A DNA stretch of 64,000 bases from Rubrivivax sp. (lineage in GTDB: Bacteria; Pseudomonadota; Gammaproteobacteria; Burkholderiales; Burkholderiaceae_C): the NCBI GenBank assembly GCA_020720385.1, contig DYOR01000002.1:977-64976 (forward strand), read 5' to 3'. Made by a program: the position numbers and the translations under genes. Positions 1 to 10,342 of the stretch are shown piece after piece; positions within the stretch are counted from its first letter, which is position 1; each line of letters starts with the position of its first letter. The notes beneath the pieces were generated by a model, which did not search any database, was not told the DNA's origin, and saw nothing but the letters and a program-made list of their open reading frames with translations.

Positions 1-261
1 TCGAAAACCGGGTATTTCTCCATTAGCAGGGACTGCTTCAAATTCACCTCTCATTAATGAATTGGTCGATCGATGCGCGGCCGCCGGGCGATTGGCGTCA
101 AATGCAATTCGCGGGGCTGCAGGAAAACCGCGGCCAGTCTAGCAAATTCACATTTCCCCGCCCGGGCCGGGCTTTTCGGCCGGCTACCATGATCTACGTC
201 ATTTCCGCTTGCCGGCCGGCGAGATGAACGCCGCGCACGAGCGCAATTTCTTTCCATTGCG

Positions 262-2565
<2,304 letters not shown>

Positions 2566-2596
2566 GCAACCCGCGCTTCGAGCCGCAGGCGACGAA

Positions 2597-3388
2597 CTAC
2601 TTCGCCGCGGCCCGGCGGCGTGCCGCTGCCAGGCCCAGGCCGGCGGCGGCCACCAGGGCCAGCGTGCCGGGTTCGGGCACCTGGGCCGGCGGATCCCCCG
2701 TGATCATGTCCTGCGCGCTGCTGGTCTCGAGCGTCATCACGTAGCGCGCGTCGAGCGCGGCCGAGCCGTCCAGGGCGCCCAGGAAGCCGCCGAGGTGGTT
2801 TGCGGTGGCCGCATCGATGCCGCGGGCGTTGAACGTGCCCGCGCCCAGGTCCCAGCCTGCGGCCTCGTACTTGCTTTCCCAGATGCCGAGCTGGATGGCC
2901 GCAGCCACTTGGCCGTCGGCCGGGTGCAACCAGGCGAACTCGTCGACGCTCGGCTTGCCGGCGTTGAGCACCGCGTTGACCGCGCCCAGGAAGTCCAGCG
3001 TGCGGGCACGTTCACCATCGAGGTTGATGGTGTAGTTGACTTGCCAGCTGCCTCCGATGTGCTCGTAGACGTCGTAGCAGTACATGTACAGGTCGCTCAG
3101 GCCGTCGACGAAGATGCTCGGGTCGACGCCGGAGTAGGACAGCACCGTGCCCTGGAAGCGGCCCGCGGCCACGTTCGCAGTCTGCGCGCCGCCACCCGTG
3201 GCGAGCGACGGATAGGTGATGCTCAGGCTGTCGTAGGCCGGAGCCGCGACGCCGGAGAAGATGTTGGCGTCGAACCTCACCGTGGCCGTCGGTGCGAGGG
3301 TCACCCCGCCCGCCAGGCTGGCGGCGGTGCCGCCGAGGAGGGCCGCACCGACCAGGGCGCGTTGCAGGAAATGTGGCATGTGTTTCAT
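2597..3388 (-). CDS. PEP-CTERM sorting domain-containing secreted protein
   Basis: 263-aa ORF with a signal peptide (ALVGAALLGGTAASLAGG). The C-terminal VPEPGTLALVAAAGLGLAAARRR is a PEP motif plus hydrophobic helix plus Arg cluster, as in exosortase substrates. An alternative ATG lies at 3379. Confidence 0.8.
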   Translation of the reverse strand: MKHMPHFLQRALVGAALLGGTAASLAGGVTLAPTATVRFDANIFSGVAAPAYDSLSITYPSLATGGGAQTANVAAGRFQGTVLSYSGVDPSIFVDGLSDLYMYCYDVYEHIGGSWQVNYTINLDGERARTLDFLGAVNAVLNAGKPSVDEFAWLHPADGQVAAAIQLGIWESKYEAAGWDLGAGTFNARGIDAATANHLGGFLGALDGSAALDARYVMTLETSSAQDMITGDPPAQVPEPGTLALVAAAGLGLAAARRRAAAK

Positions 3389-3661
3389 GGTTCAAGTGTG
3401 TGGAATCTCGACGTAACAGAGTGTGTATCGGCATCCGGTGCTGCGGCTATCCCGCGCGCAGGGGGTTCCGCGGCATGCGCGGGCACGATCCGTGACGGGC
3501 TGCGCAGAACGCGCTGCCGGGCCGGCGCGGGGACCAAATGCCTGGACCTGCGCGCGTGGGTGGTGCCGCAAGGGCCTGACGAGGGTGCCGAGGCAGCCCG
3601 GCCCGCAGGGTGCGAGGCGTGCCGTGCTCACCACGGGCCGGTGCGGCCGAGTTGGGCTCGG

Positions 3662-4483
3662 CTACTCGAGCGAGCCCTTGACCTCGATCGGGTGCGCGAC
3701 CCAGTCATCGGGCGCCGGCACCTGCGCCATCGCGCGGATGCGCTCTACCATGGCGGCGCTGAGTTCTGCGCCGCGCGCCGCCAGCGCGTCCAGTATCGCC
3801 AGCGCGGCTTGTGGTGTGCGTGCATAGCCGGGTATCAGTGCGTCCAGGATCGCTGCCAGCGCCGGCGAGCGCTGCTCGATGCGTCGCTCGCGGTTGAAGG
3901 GGTCGGCACCGGCTTCCGATGCAGGCTGGCGCAGCGCCTCGAGCTCCAGCAGCCGATCGACGGCATGGCCCTGCACGAAGCGCGCGGCCGACAGCCGCTC
4001 GCCGCGGTGCCAGCGCTGCAGGCCCACGTAGAGGCAGCTCAGTGCCTCACCGACGATCCAGGCTTCGTCGGGCGGGGTGCGCGAGGGCAGCGGTCGGCGC
4101 GGTTGCGCGATGTGCGGGTCGAGGTCGTCGCGCTTCCACACCACGCGGCCCGGCGCGAAGGGGATGGGCCCCAGTTCCTGCGGCTCGAACACCGCAAACT
4201 CGCACATCACGCCGTCGTCCATCAGCGCCTTGTGGCCGTCCACCGTGTTGCGGCAGTGCCAGAGCAGCGGGCGCACGGCGGCCAGCCAGTCGAGTTGGTC
4301 GATGAAGCGCGCCTTGTGCCCAGGATCGACGATGGCGAAGAAGTCGAGGTCGGACCAGGCGTCGATGCGCGCCATGTCTTGCCCCACCGAGCCCAGGCCG
4401 ATCAGCGCCTGGGCGCTTCCAGTTGCTCGCAGCGATTGGCCAATCGCATCCAGTCGGGCCAGCAGGTGATTGCGGTGGGGCAT
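3662..4483 (-). CDS. Polymerase-beta-fold nucleotidyltransferase domain protein, substrate unknown
   Basis: The track ORF runs to 4726, but its first 81 codons are Arg/Pro-rich shadow sequence. The ATG at 4483 gives 273 aa starting MPHRNHLLARLDAIG. GLGSVG-x-DAWSDLDF fits the GS-x(9-13)-DxD nucleotidyltransferase signature. Confidence 0.6.
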   Translation of the reverse strand: MPHRNHLLARLDAIGQSLRATGSAQALIGLGSVGQDMARIDAWSDLDFFAIVDPGHKARFIDQLDWLAAVRPLLWHCRNTVDGHKALMDDGVMCEFAVFEPQELGPIPFAPGRVVWKRDDLDPHIAQPRRPLPSRTPPDEAWIVGEALSCLYVGLQRWHRGERLSAARFVQGHAVDRLLELEALRQPASEAGADPFNRERRIEQRSPALAAILDALIPGYARTPQAALAILDALAARGAELSAAMVERIRAMAQVPAPDDWVAHPIEVKGSLE

Positions 4484-4554
4484 GGCGGACGTGAACGGAG
4501 CCAGGTGCGTCGGAGTATGGCGCCGGCCGCGGCAGGGGTCGGCACGCCCGCCGC

Positions 4555-4791
4555 GTGCGACGCGAACGGGTAGACGCATTGGTCGTCGCCGCAACGCCGG
4601 AAGTGCATGGCGAGGTCGTCTCCCGGTCACTGCGCCGCGAACTGCCTGTCTTTGTCGAGAGGCCTCCGGCGCCCGACCTGCAGGCGCTCGAGGCTCGTTG
4701 GCGGGTCGGATTTCAATCGGCGCCAACAGGCGAAGAACTCCGGCACCGACAGACCTCGCTGGTGCTGCACTTCATTGTGCGCCAGGGCTGA
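4555..4791 (+). pseudogene. Remnant of a Gfo/Idh/MocA-type oxidoreductase (fragment, frameshifted)
   Basis: The 78-aa ORF reads VDALVVAATPEVHGEVVSRSLRRELPVFVERPPAPDLQALEA, like the end of the Rossmann domain of Gfo/Idh/MocA oxidoreductases. The expected following GFNRR motif appears in another frame (GGSDFNRRQQ in ORF 4607..5491). No N-terminal GxGxxG part and no C-terminal domain are present. Confidence 0.3.
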
Positions 4792-4876
4792 CCACCCTGC
4801 CCGGGTGGCCCCATCGTCGCGGCGACATGGCTCATGGCGTGAGCCACCTCCGGGGAGGGCTGAATCACCTTGCCGG

Positions 4877-6022
4877 TCACGACGGCAGGTCGGCGGTGCC
4901 CTCGATCAACCACAGCAGCGCGATCAACATCGCCGCCGCCGAGCCGCCGCGAACCACCAAGGGCGCATAGCTCCGGCTGTTGCGGGCCAGGAACATCAGC
5001 GAGATCGCCACGCAGACGATCGCCACCTGGCCCAGTTCCAGCCCGATGTTGAACTGCAGCAAGGCCCAGGCAAACGCCGCGGTCGGCAAGCTCAGCTCGC
5101 CCAGCACAGCGGCAAAACCGAAACCGTGCAGCAGGCCGAACGCAAAGGTGACAAGCACCACGCGGCCGTGGAAGATCGGCCAGATGTTGTTCAGCGCGGC
5201 CAGGACAATCGTCAACGCAATGCCCGGCTCGATGAACCACGACGGCAACGACACCAGCTTCAGCGCCGCCAGCGCCAGCGTGATCGAGTGCGCCACCGTG
5301 AACGCGGTGACGATGCCGACCACCGGCCACACCGCTTGACTCCACATCGGCAACGGCTGCCAGCCTCGGCCGGTGCGGCTCATCACCGCCGGGAACAGCA
5401 GGCACAGCAGGAAGAGCACATGGTCGTAGCCGGTCACGATGTGGTGCACGCCTTCGCGCAGAAAACCCGCCGGGGCTTGCGCCGCGGGTGATGCGTTCGG
5501 CGCACCCGTCGCAACCGGCTGGCGCGGGTCGAGCACCCTGACCCTCGCGTCCTGCCCGGGCAGCGCAGTCCGGGCGATGCCCCGATGCGTGGGGTCCACG
5601 TCCGCGAACGCGGTGTAGCGCATCGCCGGCTCGGCCTGCAGTACGCAAGTGGACGTGAACGTCAGCGCGGCGTACACGCCATCGGAACGCCGCTCCAAAG
5701 CCTCGGTGGGCGAGCCCAGCGCGCAGCCATCGACTTGCAGATTTGCCATTGCGTAGCGGATGATCGCCGGCCACGCCGCGCGCACTTCGCCCCAGGTGAG
5801 TTGACCGTTGCCATCCGCATCGATGTCAAGCACCGCGTCGAGGTCGCGCAGCGCCACATCCAGGCGAACGGTGAGGCCGCTGTCGGTGCCGGTCATCTGA
5901 ATGTAAGCATCGCTGGCCTTGTGCGCCCATGCCTGTGCGCCAGCCAGCAGACAAGCCAGCGCCACAAGGCCGGCCCGTGCGGCGAGGTGCAGGCAGTCAA
6001 AGCAGTGCGTCAAGGCGTGCAT
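4877..6022 (-). CDS. HupE/UreJ family membrane protein with periplasmic N-terminal domain
   Basis: 381-aa ORF with a signal peptide ending AGAQAWA/HKA. The N-domain carries an EF-hand-like loop, DADGNGQLTWGE. The C-terminal half (GYDHVLFLLCLL plus several TM helices) is typical of HupE/UreJ-type proteins. Confidence 0.8.
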   Translation of the reverse strand: MHALTHCFDCLHLAARAGLVALACLLAGAQAWAHKASDAYIQMTGTDSGLTVRLDVALRDLDAVLDIDADGNGQLTWGEVRAAWPAIIRYAMANLQVDGCALGSPTEALERRSDGVYAALTFTSTCVLQAEPAMRYTAFADVDPTHRGIARTALPGQDARVRVLDPRQPVATGAPNASPAAQAPAGFLREGVHHIVTGYDHVLFLLCLLFPAVMSRTGRGWQPLPMWSQAVWPVVGIVTAFTVAHSITLALAALKLVSLPSWFIEPGIALTIVLAALNNIWPIFHGRVVLVTFAFGLLHGFGFAAVLGELSLPTAAFAWALLQFNIGLELGQVAIVCVAISLMFLARNSRSYAPLVVRGGSAAAMLIALLWLIEGTADLPS

Positions 6023-6188
6023 CTTTCAGCCCCATGTCGTTGCGCAGCCGCTCGGCCTCTTGCAGCGCCGCTGGCATGCGGGCCGCGCGCGCGGCCTGCG
6101 CCGGCAGGCTGGCCACGCCGGCGGCGGTGGCGCGCAGCGCGGCGATCAAGGGCAGCAAACGGTCCGGGTTCTTGCGAGCGGGTGTCAT
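5997..6188 (-). CDS. Hypothetical small protein (63 aa)
   Basis: An internal ATG at 6188 is preceded by AGGAAGAG 7 nt upstream on the minus strand. The product is MTPARKNPDRLLPLIAALRATAAG...RLDALL. It overlaps the HupE-like start by 26 nt and I recognise no family. Confidence 0.3.
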   Translation of the reverse strand: MTPARKNPDRLLPLIAALRATAAGVASLPAQAARAARMPAALQEAERLRNDMGLKDARLDALL

Positions 6189-6447
6189 GGGTCTCTTCCT
6201 TTGCGGGTTGGCGTTGCAGCCCGGCGGTGCCGAGGCTGGCGGGTCGGGCTTCGTTCGATGAAGGAACGGTGCCTCGCCGCTGTTGCGCAGCCTGCTCGGG
6301 ACTGGATGCAAACAAGGGGTTGCGAGCTGCGCCGAGCGCAGTGAGTGTCCTCACCGGTGTCTGCAGCGCTGCATCCACGAATGTGGCCGGCGCGTATTCC
6401 CGTTCACGAGCGCAACCCGACCCACGCGCCGCAGCGCGTGAAGAGGA

Positions 6448-7299
6448 CTACGCCACGAACTGCAAGTCGAGGTCGCCGTGGGCGTAGATGACGACGCCGG
6501 TGTCGGTCTTGGTGACGCGGTGGCCGGTGCCGGCCGGCGCGAGCTGGTAGTCGCCCTCCTGCAGCAGCAGGTCATCGAGGAACAGTTCGCCCCGCACCAT
6601 GAGGCACTCCTCGTCGTGGCCGTGGCCGTGCGTCGGCAAGGCCGCGCCGGGCCGGGCGAGGTAGAGCATGGCCGCCTCGCCGTCGTGCTGCCAGAGCACG
6701 CGGCGGCGCACGCCCGGCGCAAACTCGGGCCAGCCGGCATCGGCATCGCGCACGGTGGACGGCGCCTGGCCGCCGCCGTCAGCCCGAGCGGACTCGCGCA
6801 GGAACAGACGTGCCCCCGCGGGTGCGCTCGGCGCGGCGTCGGCACTGCCGGCGGGCGCCACGTGGTAGTCGCGCGGCCCCAGCGCCAGGCTGCCCAGCCG
6901 GACCTGCCCGTGCAGCACCAGCCACTCGCGCTGCAGCCGCGGCTCGCCGCCGGGCCAGGCGGCGCCCGGCGCCAACTCGACGATGCAGGCGCGCTCGGGT
7001 TCGCCGCGCCGCGGCGCGCGCCCGGCGCGGGCCGCGTACAGCGTGCGCAGGCGCACGCCCGGCGCCACCTCGACCGCGGCGAGCCGTGCGCAGCGCACCG
7101 TGTGCATGGCGTCGGCGGCCGCCCGCGCGTCGGCCAGGCGGCGCAGCAGCCGCCCGCGAACGGGCGTCGGGTCGGCCGCACAGCCCTTGCCAGTGGCTGC
7201 AAAGGCCTCAGCAAAGCGCGCGCCGAGCAGCGGTTCGAGTGCGGGATCGATGAGATCGGGCGCGGGGATGATGGGCAGCGGCAGGGTGTCGGAGGGCAT
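6448..7299 (-). CDS. ChrR-like cupin domain protein (putative anti-sigma partner lacking a zinc anti-sigma domain)
   Basis: The ATG at 7299 gives 283 aa; the track ORF extends to 7644 in shadow sequence. C-terminal LPTHGHGHDEECLMVRGELFLDD...GDYQLAPAGTGH is a ChrR-type cupin metal site. It lies 44 nt downstream of the ECF sigma gene. Confidence 0.7.
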   Translation of the reverse strand: MPSDTLPLPIIPAPDLIDPALEPLLGARFAEAFAATGKGCAADPTPVRGRLLRRLADARAAADAMHTVRCARLAAVEVAPGVRLRTLYAARAGRAPRRGEPERACIVELAPGAAWPGGEPRLQREWLVLHGQVRLGSLALGPRDYHVAPAGSADAAPSAPAGARLFLRESARADGGGQAPSTVRDADAGWPEFAPGVRRRVLWQHDGEAAMLYLARPGAALPTHGHGHDEECLMVRGELFLDDLLLQEGDYQLAPAGTGHRVTKTDTGVVIYAHGDLDLQFVA

Positions 7300-7343
7300 G
7301 TGGGGACTTCGGTCGGACAACGAGGGATGGCGCGAGGCGTGGT

Positions 7344-7988
7344 TCAGGACGCCAGGGCCGGCGGGCCGCCATCGCCGAGGATCTGGCGCAGCGACACCAG
7401 CGCACGCCGGATCTGCGACTTGACGGTGCCCAGGGGCAGTTGTGTGTGCTGGGCGATCTCTTCGTGCGTGAGGCCGCGGAAGAAGGCCAGCGACACCAGT
7501 TGCCGCGGCTGTGCTCCCAGCCGCAGCAGCGCCTCGTGCAGGTCGGCCTGGTGTCGCGCGAAGTCGAGCAGTTCGTCGGCTGCGGCCACGCCGCCGGGCA
7601 GATCGGCCGCCGCCTCGTCGTCCAGGGGCTCGTGCGGGAAGCACGCCTCGCGCCGCAGCGCGTCGATGGCGCGTGTGCGGGCGATGGCCAGCAACCAGGT
7701 GATGGCCTTGCCGCGCGCCGGATCAAAGCGAACGGCCTGCCGCCAGACCTGGAAGTAGGCGTCCTCGACCACCTCTTCGGCCAACGTGGTGCCGCGCACG
7801 ATGCGGCGCACGAAGCCGAAGACGCGCGCGAAGGTGGCGTCGTACAGCGCCGCCAGCGCGCGTTCGTCGCGCTAGACCACGGCGGCGATCCACCCCGCCA
7901 GCCGCTGTTCGCTGGCGGCGTCGGCGGACTCGTCCCGCGTGGCCGCTGGCGCGCCCGGCGCCTCGGCGGCCGGCATGTCGGTGTCCAT
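7344..7988 (-). pseudogene. ECF (sigma-70 family) RNA polymerase sigma factor interrupted by one in-frame TAG at 7872-7874
   Basis: ORFs 7872..8078 and 7344..7811 are in the same frame and separated only by the TAG. The joined sequence ...EQRLAGWIAAVV*RDERALAALYDATFARVFGFVRRIVRG...EDAYFQVWRQAVRFDPARGKAITWLLAIARTRAIDALRRE...LTHEEIAQHTQLPLGTVKSQIRRAL gives complete sigma regions 2 and 4. The ATG at 7988 has AGAGGGG 8 nt upstream. The downstream-only GTG start at 7811 would lack region 2.1/2.2. Confidence 0.7.
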
Positions 7989-8064
7989 GTCCAAGCCCCT
8001 CTGTGGCAGGCCCAGCGCCCCTGGCGCGCGGTGCGAACCGGTCAGGGCGGTGACGGCGTCTTGT

Positions 8065-8496
8065 TCAACCGAGTACATGAGCCGCGTCGGGCACGGCGCC
8101 GCGCAGAAAAATCGTGGCCCCGCTGGGGCTGCTGATGCGGGCGTGCAGCGTGCCGCCGTGGGCCAGGTGATAAGCGCCTTGGCCGAATTCGATGCGCGAG
8201 CCCACCTGCAGCCGGCCTTCCAGCACCACGCACTCCTCGTCCAGGGGATGGCGGTGCGCCGGCAGCGCGGCGCCGGGCTGCAGCCGCAGCAGGTAGGACA
8301 GGATCCCCTCCTGCTCGCGCAGTAGCTTGATCGATACGCCGGGCAGGAAGGGTTGCCAAGCCGCTGCCTGGGCGTCGATCGTCAGGTGCGAGGTGTCGGC
8401 GTCGGCGACGCGCTCGAGCAGACGCCGGCGGATGTGGCGTTCGCGCGCCGGTGCCGCAAGGCCACAGGCGTCACGCGCAGGTTCGGGGTGGTGCAT
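8065..8496 (-). CDS. ChrR-family cupin domain protein
   Basis: The ATG at 8496 gives 143 aa. LPAHRHPLDEECVVLEGRLQVG...GAYHLAHGGTLH is a cupin motif. It is the first gene of the cupin / ECF sigma / cupin string. Confidence 0.7.
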   Translation of the reverse strand: MHHPEPARDACGLAAPARERHIRRRLLERVADADTSHLTIDAQAAAWQPFLPGVSIKLLREQEGILSYLLRLQPGAALPAHRHPLDEECVVLEGRLQVGSRIEFGQGAYHLAHGGTLHARISSPSGATIFLRGAVPDAAHVLG

Positions 8497-8644
8497 GGCC
8501 GGTCTACGGGTGTCGGCGACGCCCGGATTCAAGCCCCTGCGCTCGACTCGGTCAAGTGCGTCACCCGTGCGGCGGTGTCGGCACGCATCCGGCAGGCGCC
8601 GGCCGGCGTAAGGCGCGGTGTCCCGTTCAACGCCAGGAGTCGCG

Positions 8645-9139
8645 ATGACCCGCTTTGCCGAAGTCACACACCACGAATGGATCGCCGCACCGGTGCAAAC
8701 CGTGTGCGCCCAGTTCGCCGACCTGGACCACCATATCCGCCGCCAGGTGCATCACGAGTTGCGTTTCGAGGTGCTGCAACGCCGCGCCGACGGCGCCCGT
8801 TTCGTGCAGGAGGTGAGGCTGCTGGGCACTCGCCAGCGCGACGTGTTCGAGCGCCGCATCGAGCCCGATGGCCGTATCGAAGACCTGTCGGTCGAGGGCT
8901 TCAACCGCGGTGGCAGCGTGAGCTTCGGCTTCTCCCCGCAGGCGCGAGGAAGCCGTGACGGCACCGAAGTCACGATCACGGTTCGGTTGCCGCTGCCGCC
9001 CGTCATGGGCTTGCTCGTGCGGCCGCTGCTGCGCGCCCAGGTCCGCCGCGCACTGCAAGCCGCTGCGCGCGAGGATAAGCAAGACATCGAGGAGCGCGGC
9101 TATCCCGCCACGCCGCCTGCGCCGGCGGGCGCGCAGTGA
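8645..9139 (+). CDS. SRPBCC (polyketide cyclase/START-like) family protein
   Basis: The ATG at 8645 is preceded by AGGAG, giving 164 aa starting MTRFAEVTHHEWIAAPVQTVCAQFADLD. The fold assignment rests on N-terminal pattern and size only. Confidence 0.65.
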   Translation: MTRFAEVTHHEWIAAPVQTVCAQFADLDHHIRRQVHHELRFEVLQRRADGARFVQEVRLLGTRQRDVFERRIEPDGRIEDLSVEGFNRGGSVSFGFSPQARGSRDGTEVTITVRLPLPPVMGLLVRPLLRAQVRRALQAAAREDKQDIEERGYPATPPAPAGAQ

Positions 9140-9621
9140 ACGCAGCGTCGGCAAGGGGCCCGCAGCACTTCGACCTTGTCAGCCACTGGCGCATCGACGC
9201 GCCGGTGGAGCGTGTGTGGGCCGCCCTGGCCGATCCGTCGGGCTGGCCGCTGTGGTGGCCGTATGTGCGGCAGGTGAGGACGCTGCGGGAAGGTGACCCC
9301 GACGGCGTCGGCGCGGTGCGGCGCATCGATTGGAGGACCCGACTGCCCTACAGCGTCTGCATCGATGTCGAGGGCGTGGAGGTGCTGCCGCCGCAGCATC
9401 TGCGCGCCCGTGCACGCGGCCAGCTCGAGGGCGAGGGTTTGTGGCTGCTGCGGCCCAGCTCGGGCGGTACCGACGTCACCTACGTGTGGCGCGTGAAGTT
9501 GACGCGGCGCTGGATGCGCTGGCTGGCGCCACTGCTGGCGCCGCTGTTGTGCTGGAACCACGATGGCGTCATGCGCGCGGGCGAGGCCGGGCTGCGGCGC
9601 CATCTCGGCGCCCGCCACTGA
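9136..9621 (+). CDS. SRPBCC family protein
   Basis: The GTG start overlaps the previous stop (GTGA). HWRIDAPVERVWAALADPSGWPLWWP is a classic SRPBCC / Polyketide_cyc2 N-terminal motif. Confidence 0.75.
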   Translation: MNAASARGPQHFDLVSHWRIDAPVERVWAALADPSGWPLWWPYVRQVRTLREGDPDGVGAVRRIDWRTRLPYSVCIDVEGVEVLPPQHLRARARGQLEGEGLWLLRPSSGGTDVTYVWRVKLTRRWMRWLAPLLAPLLCWNHDGVMRAGEAGLRRHLGARH

Positions 9622-9888
9622 GCGCCCGGGCAGGTCGATCCGAAATGCACAGGCCTGCAAGGCGCAGGAGACCTCGGTCCTCTCGAACACCGAGAATGGG
9701 GAGATGTGCGGACATGTAGAGCGAGGCATCGAGTTGAAGCGGCTTGTCTCGACCATGGCGATGGGCGCGCAGGTGGCCACGGCGCACCACGGCCGCGTCG
9801 TCACGGCGTTCTTGCCGTTGCCGGCTGCATGCGGCATCGCGGGCTGGCAGGCGGCCGGCCGCATCACCCAACCTGGAGGAGCACTGCC

Positions 9889-10341
9889 ATGAAGTGGATC
9901 ACCCGTGAACGCCCCAAGATCGACCGCATCGCCTGCCCGTGGCTGGTGGCGCGATTCGTCGATGCGAGCCCCGAGTTCCTGTACGTGCCCGCCGCAGACG
10001 TGATGCGCGCTGCGCAGGAGACGGGAGCGACGCCCTACGACGTGCCGGGCGTCGAACTCGGCCACCACGGCGAGCTGTGCAGCTTCGACGCCTTCATCGC
10101 CAAGTACGACTTGCGTGACGCGGCACTGGGCAGGCTGGCGCTGATCGTGCGTGCTGCCGATTGCGGCCACCCCGAGGCGGCGCCCGAGGCAGCGGGCCTG
10201 CTGGCCGTCTCGCGCGGGCTGTCGCTGAACTTCAGCGACGACCACGCCATGCTGGCGCAGGGTCTGGTGCTCTACGACGCGCTGTACGCGCACTGTGCCG
10301 GTCAACCGGTCGGACAGGCATTGAAGCCGCCCAAGCGCTGA
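9889..10341 (+). CDS. ChrB C-terminal domain-containing protein (chromate-resistance-associated)
   Basis: The ATG at 9889 is preceded by GGAGGAG, giving 150 aa. MKWITRERPKIDRIACPWLVARFVD...TPYDVPGVELGHHGELCSFDAFIAKYDL matches the ChrB-type domain as I remember it. Confidence 0.75.
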   Translation: MKWITRERPKIDRIACPWLVARFVDASPEFLYVPAADVMRAAQETGATPYDVPGVELGHHGELCSFDAFIAKYDLRDAALGRLALIVRAADCGHPEAAPEAAGLLAVSRGLSLNFSDDHAMLAQGLVLYDALYAHCAGQPVGQALKPPKR

Positions 10342-10342
10342 A

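Noticed and set aside
3644-3661. GCCGAG-TTGG-CTCGGC hairpin next to the nucleotidyltransferase stop as an intrinsic terminator
   Set aside because: The stem is only 6 bp and no U-run follows on the minus-strand transcript.
6380-6420. TGAAC-containing stretch upstream of the small ORF/HupE gene as an ECF-type promoter
   Set aside because: Only a GAAC-like -35 is present. I found no convincing -10 element at 16-17 nt, and there is no known consensus for this sigma group to compare with.
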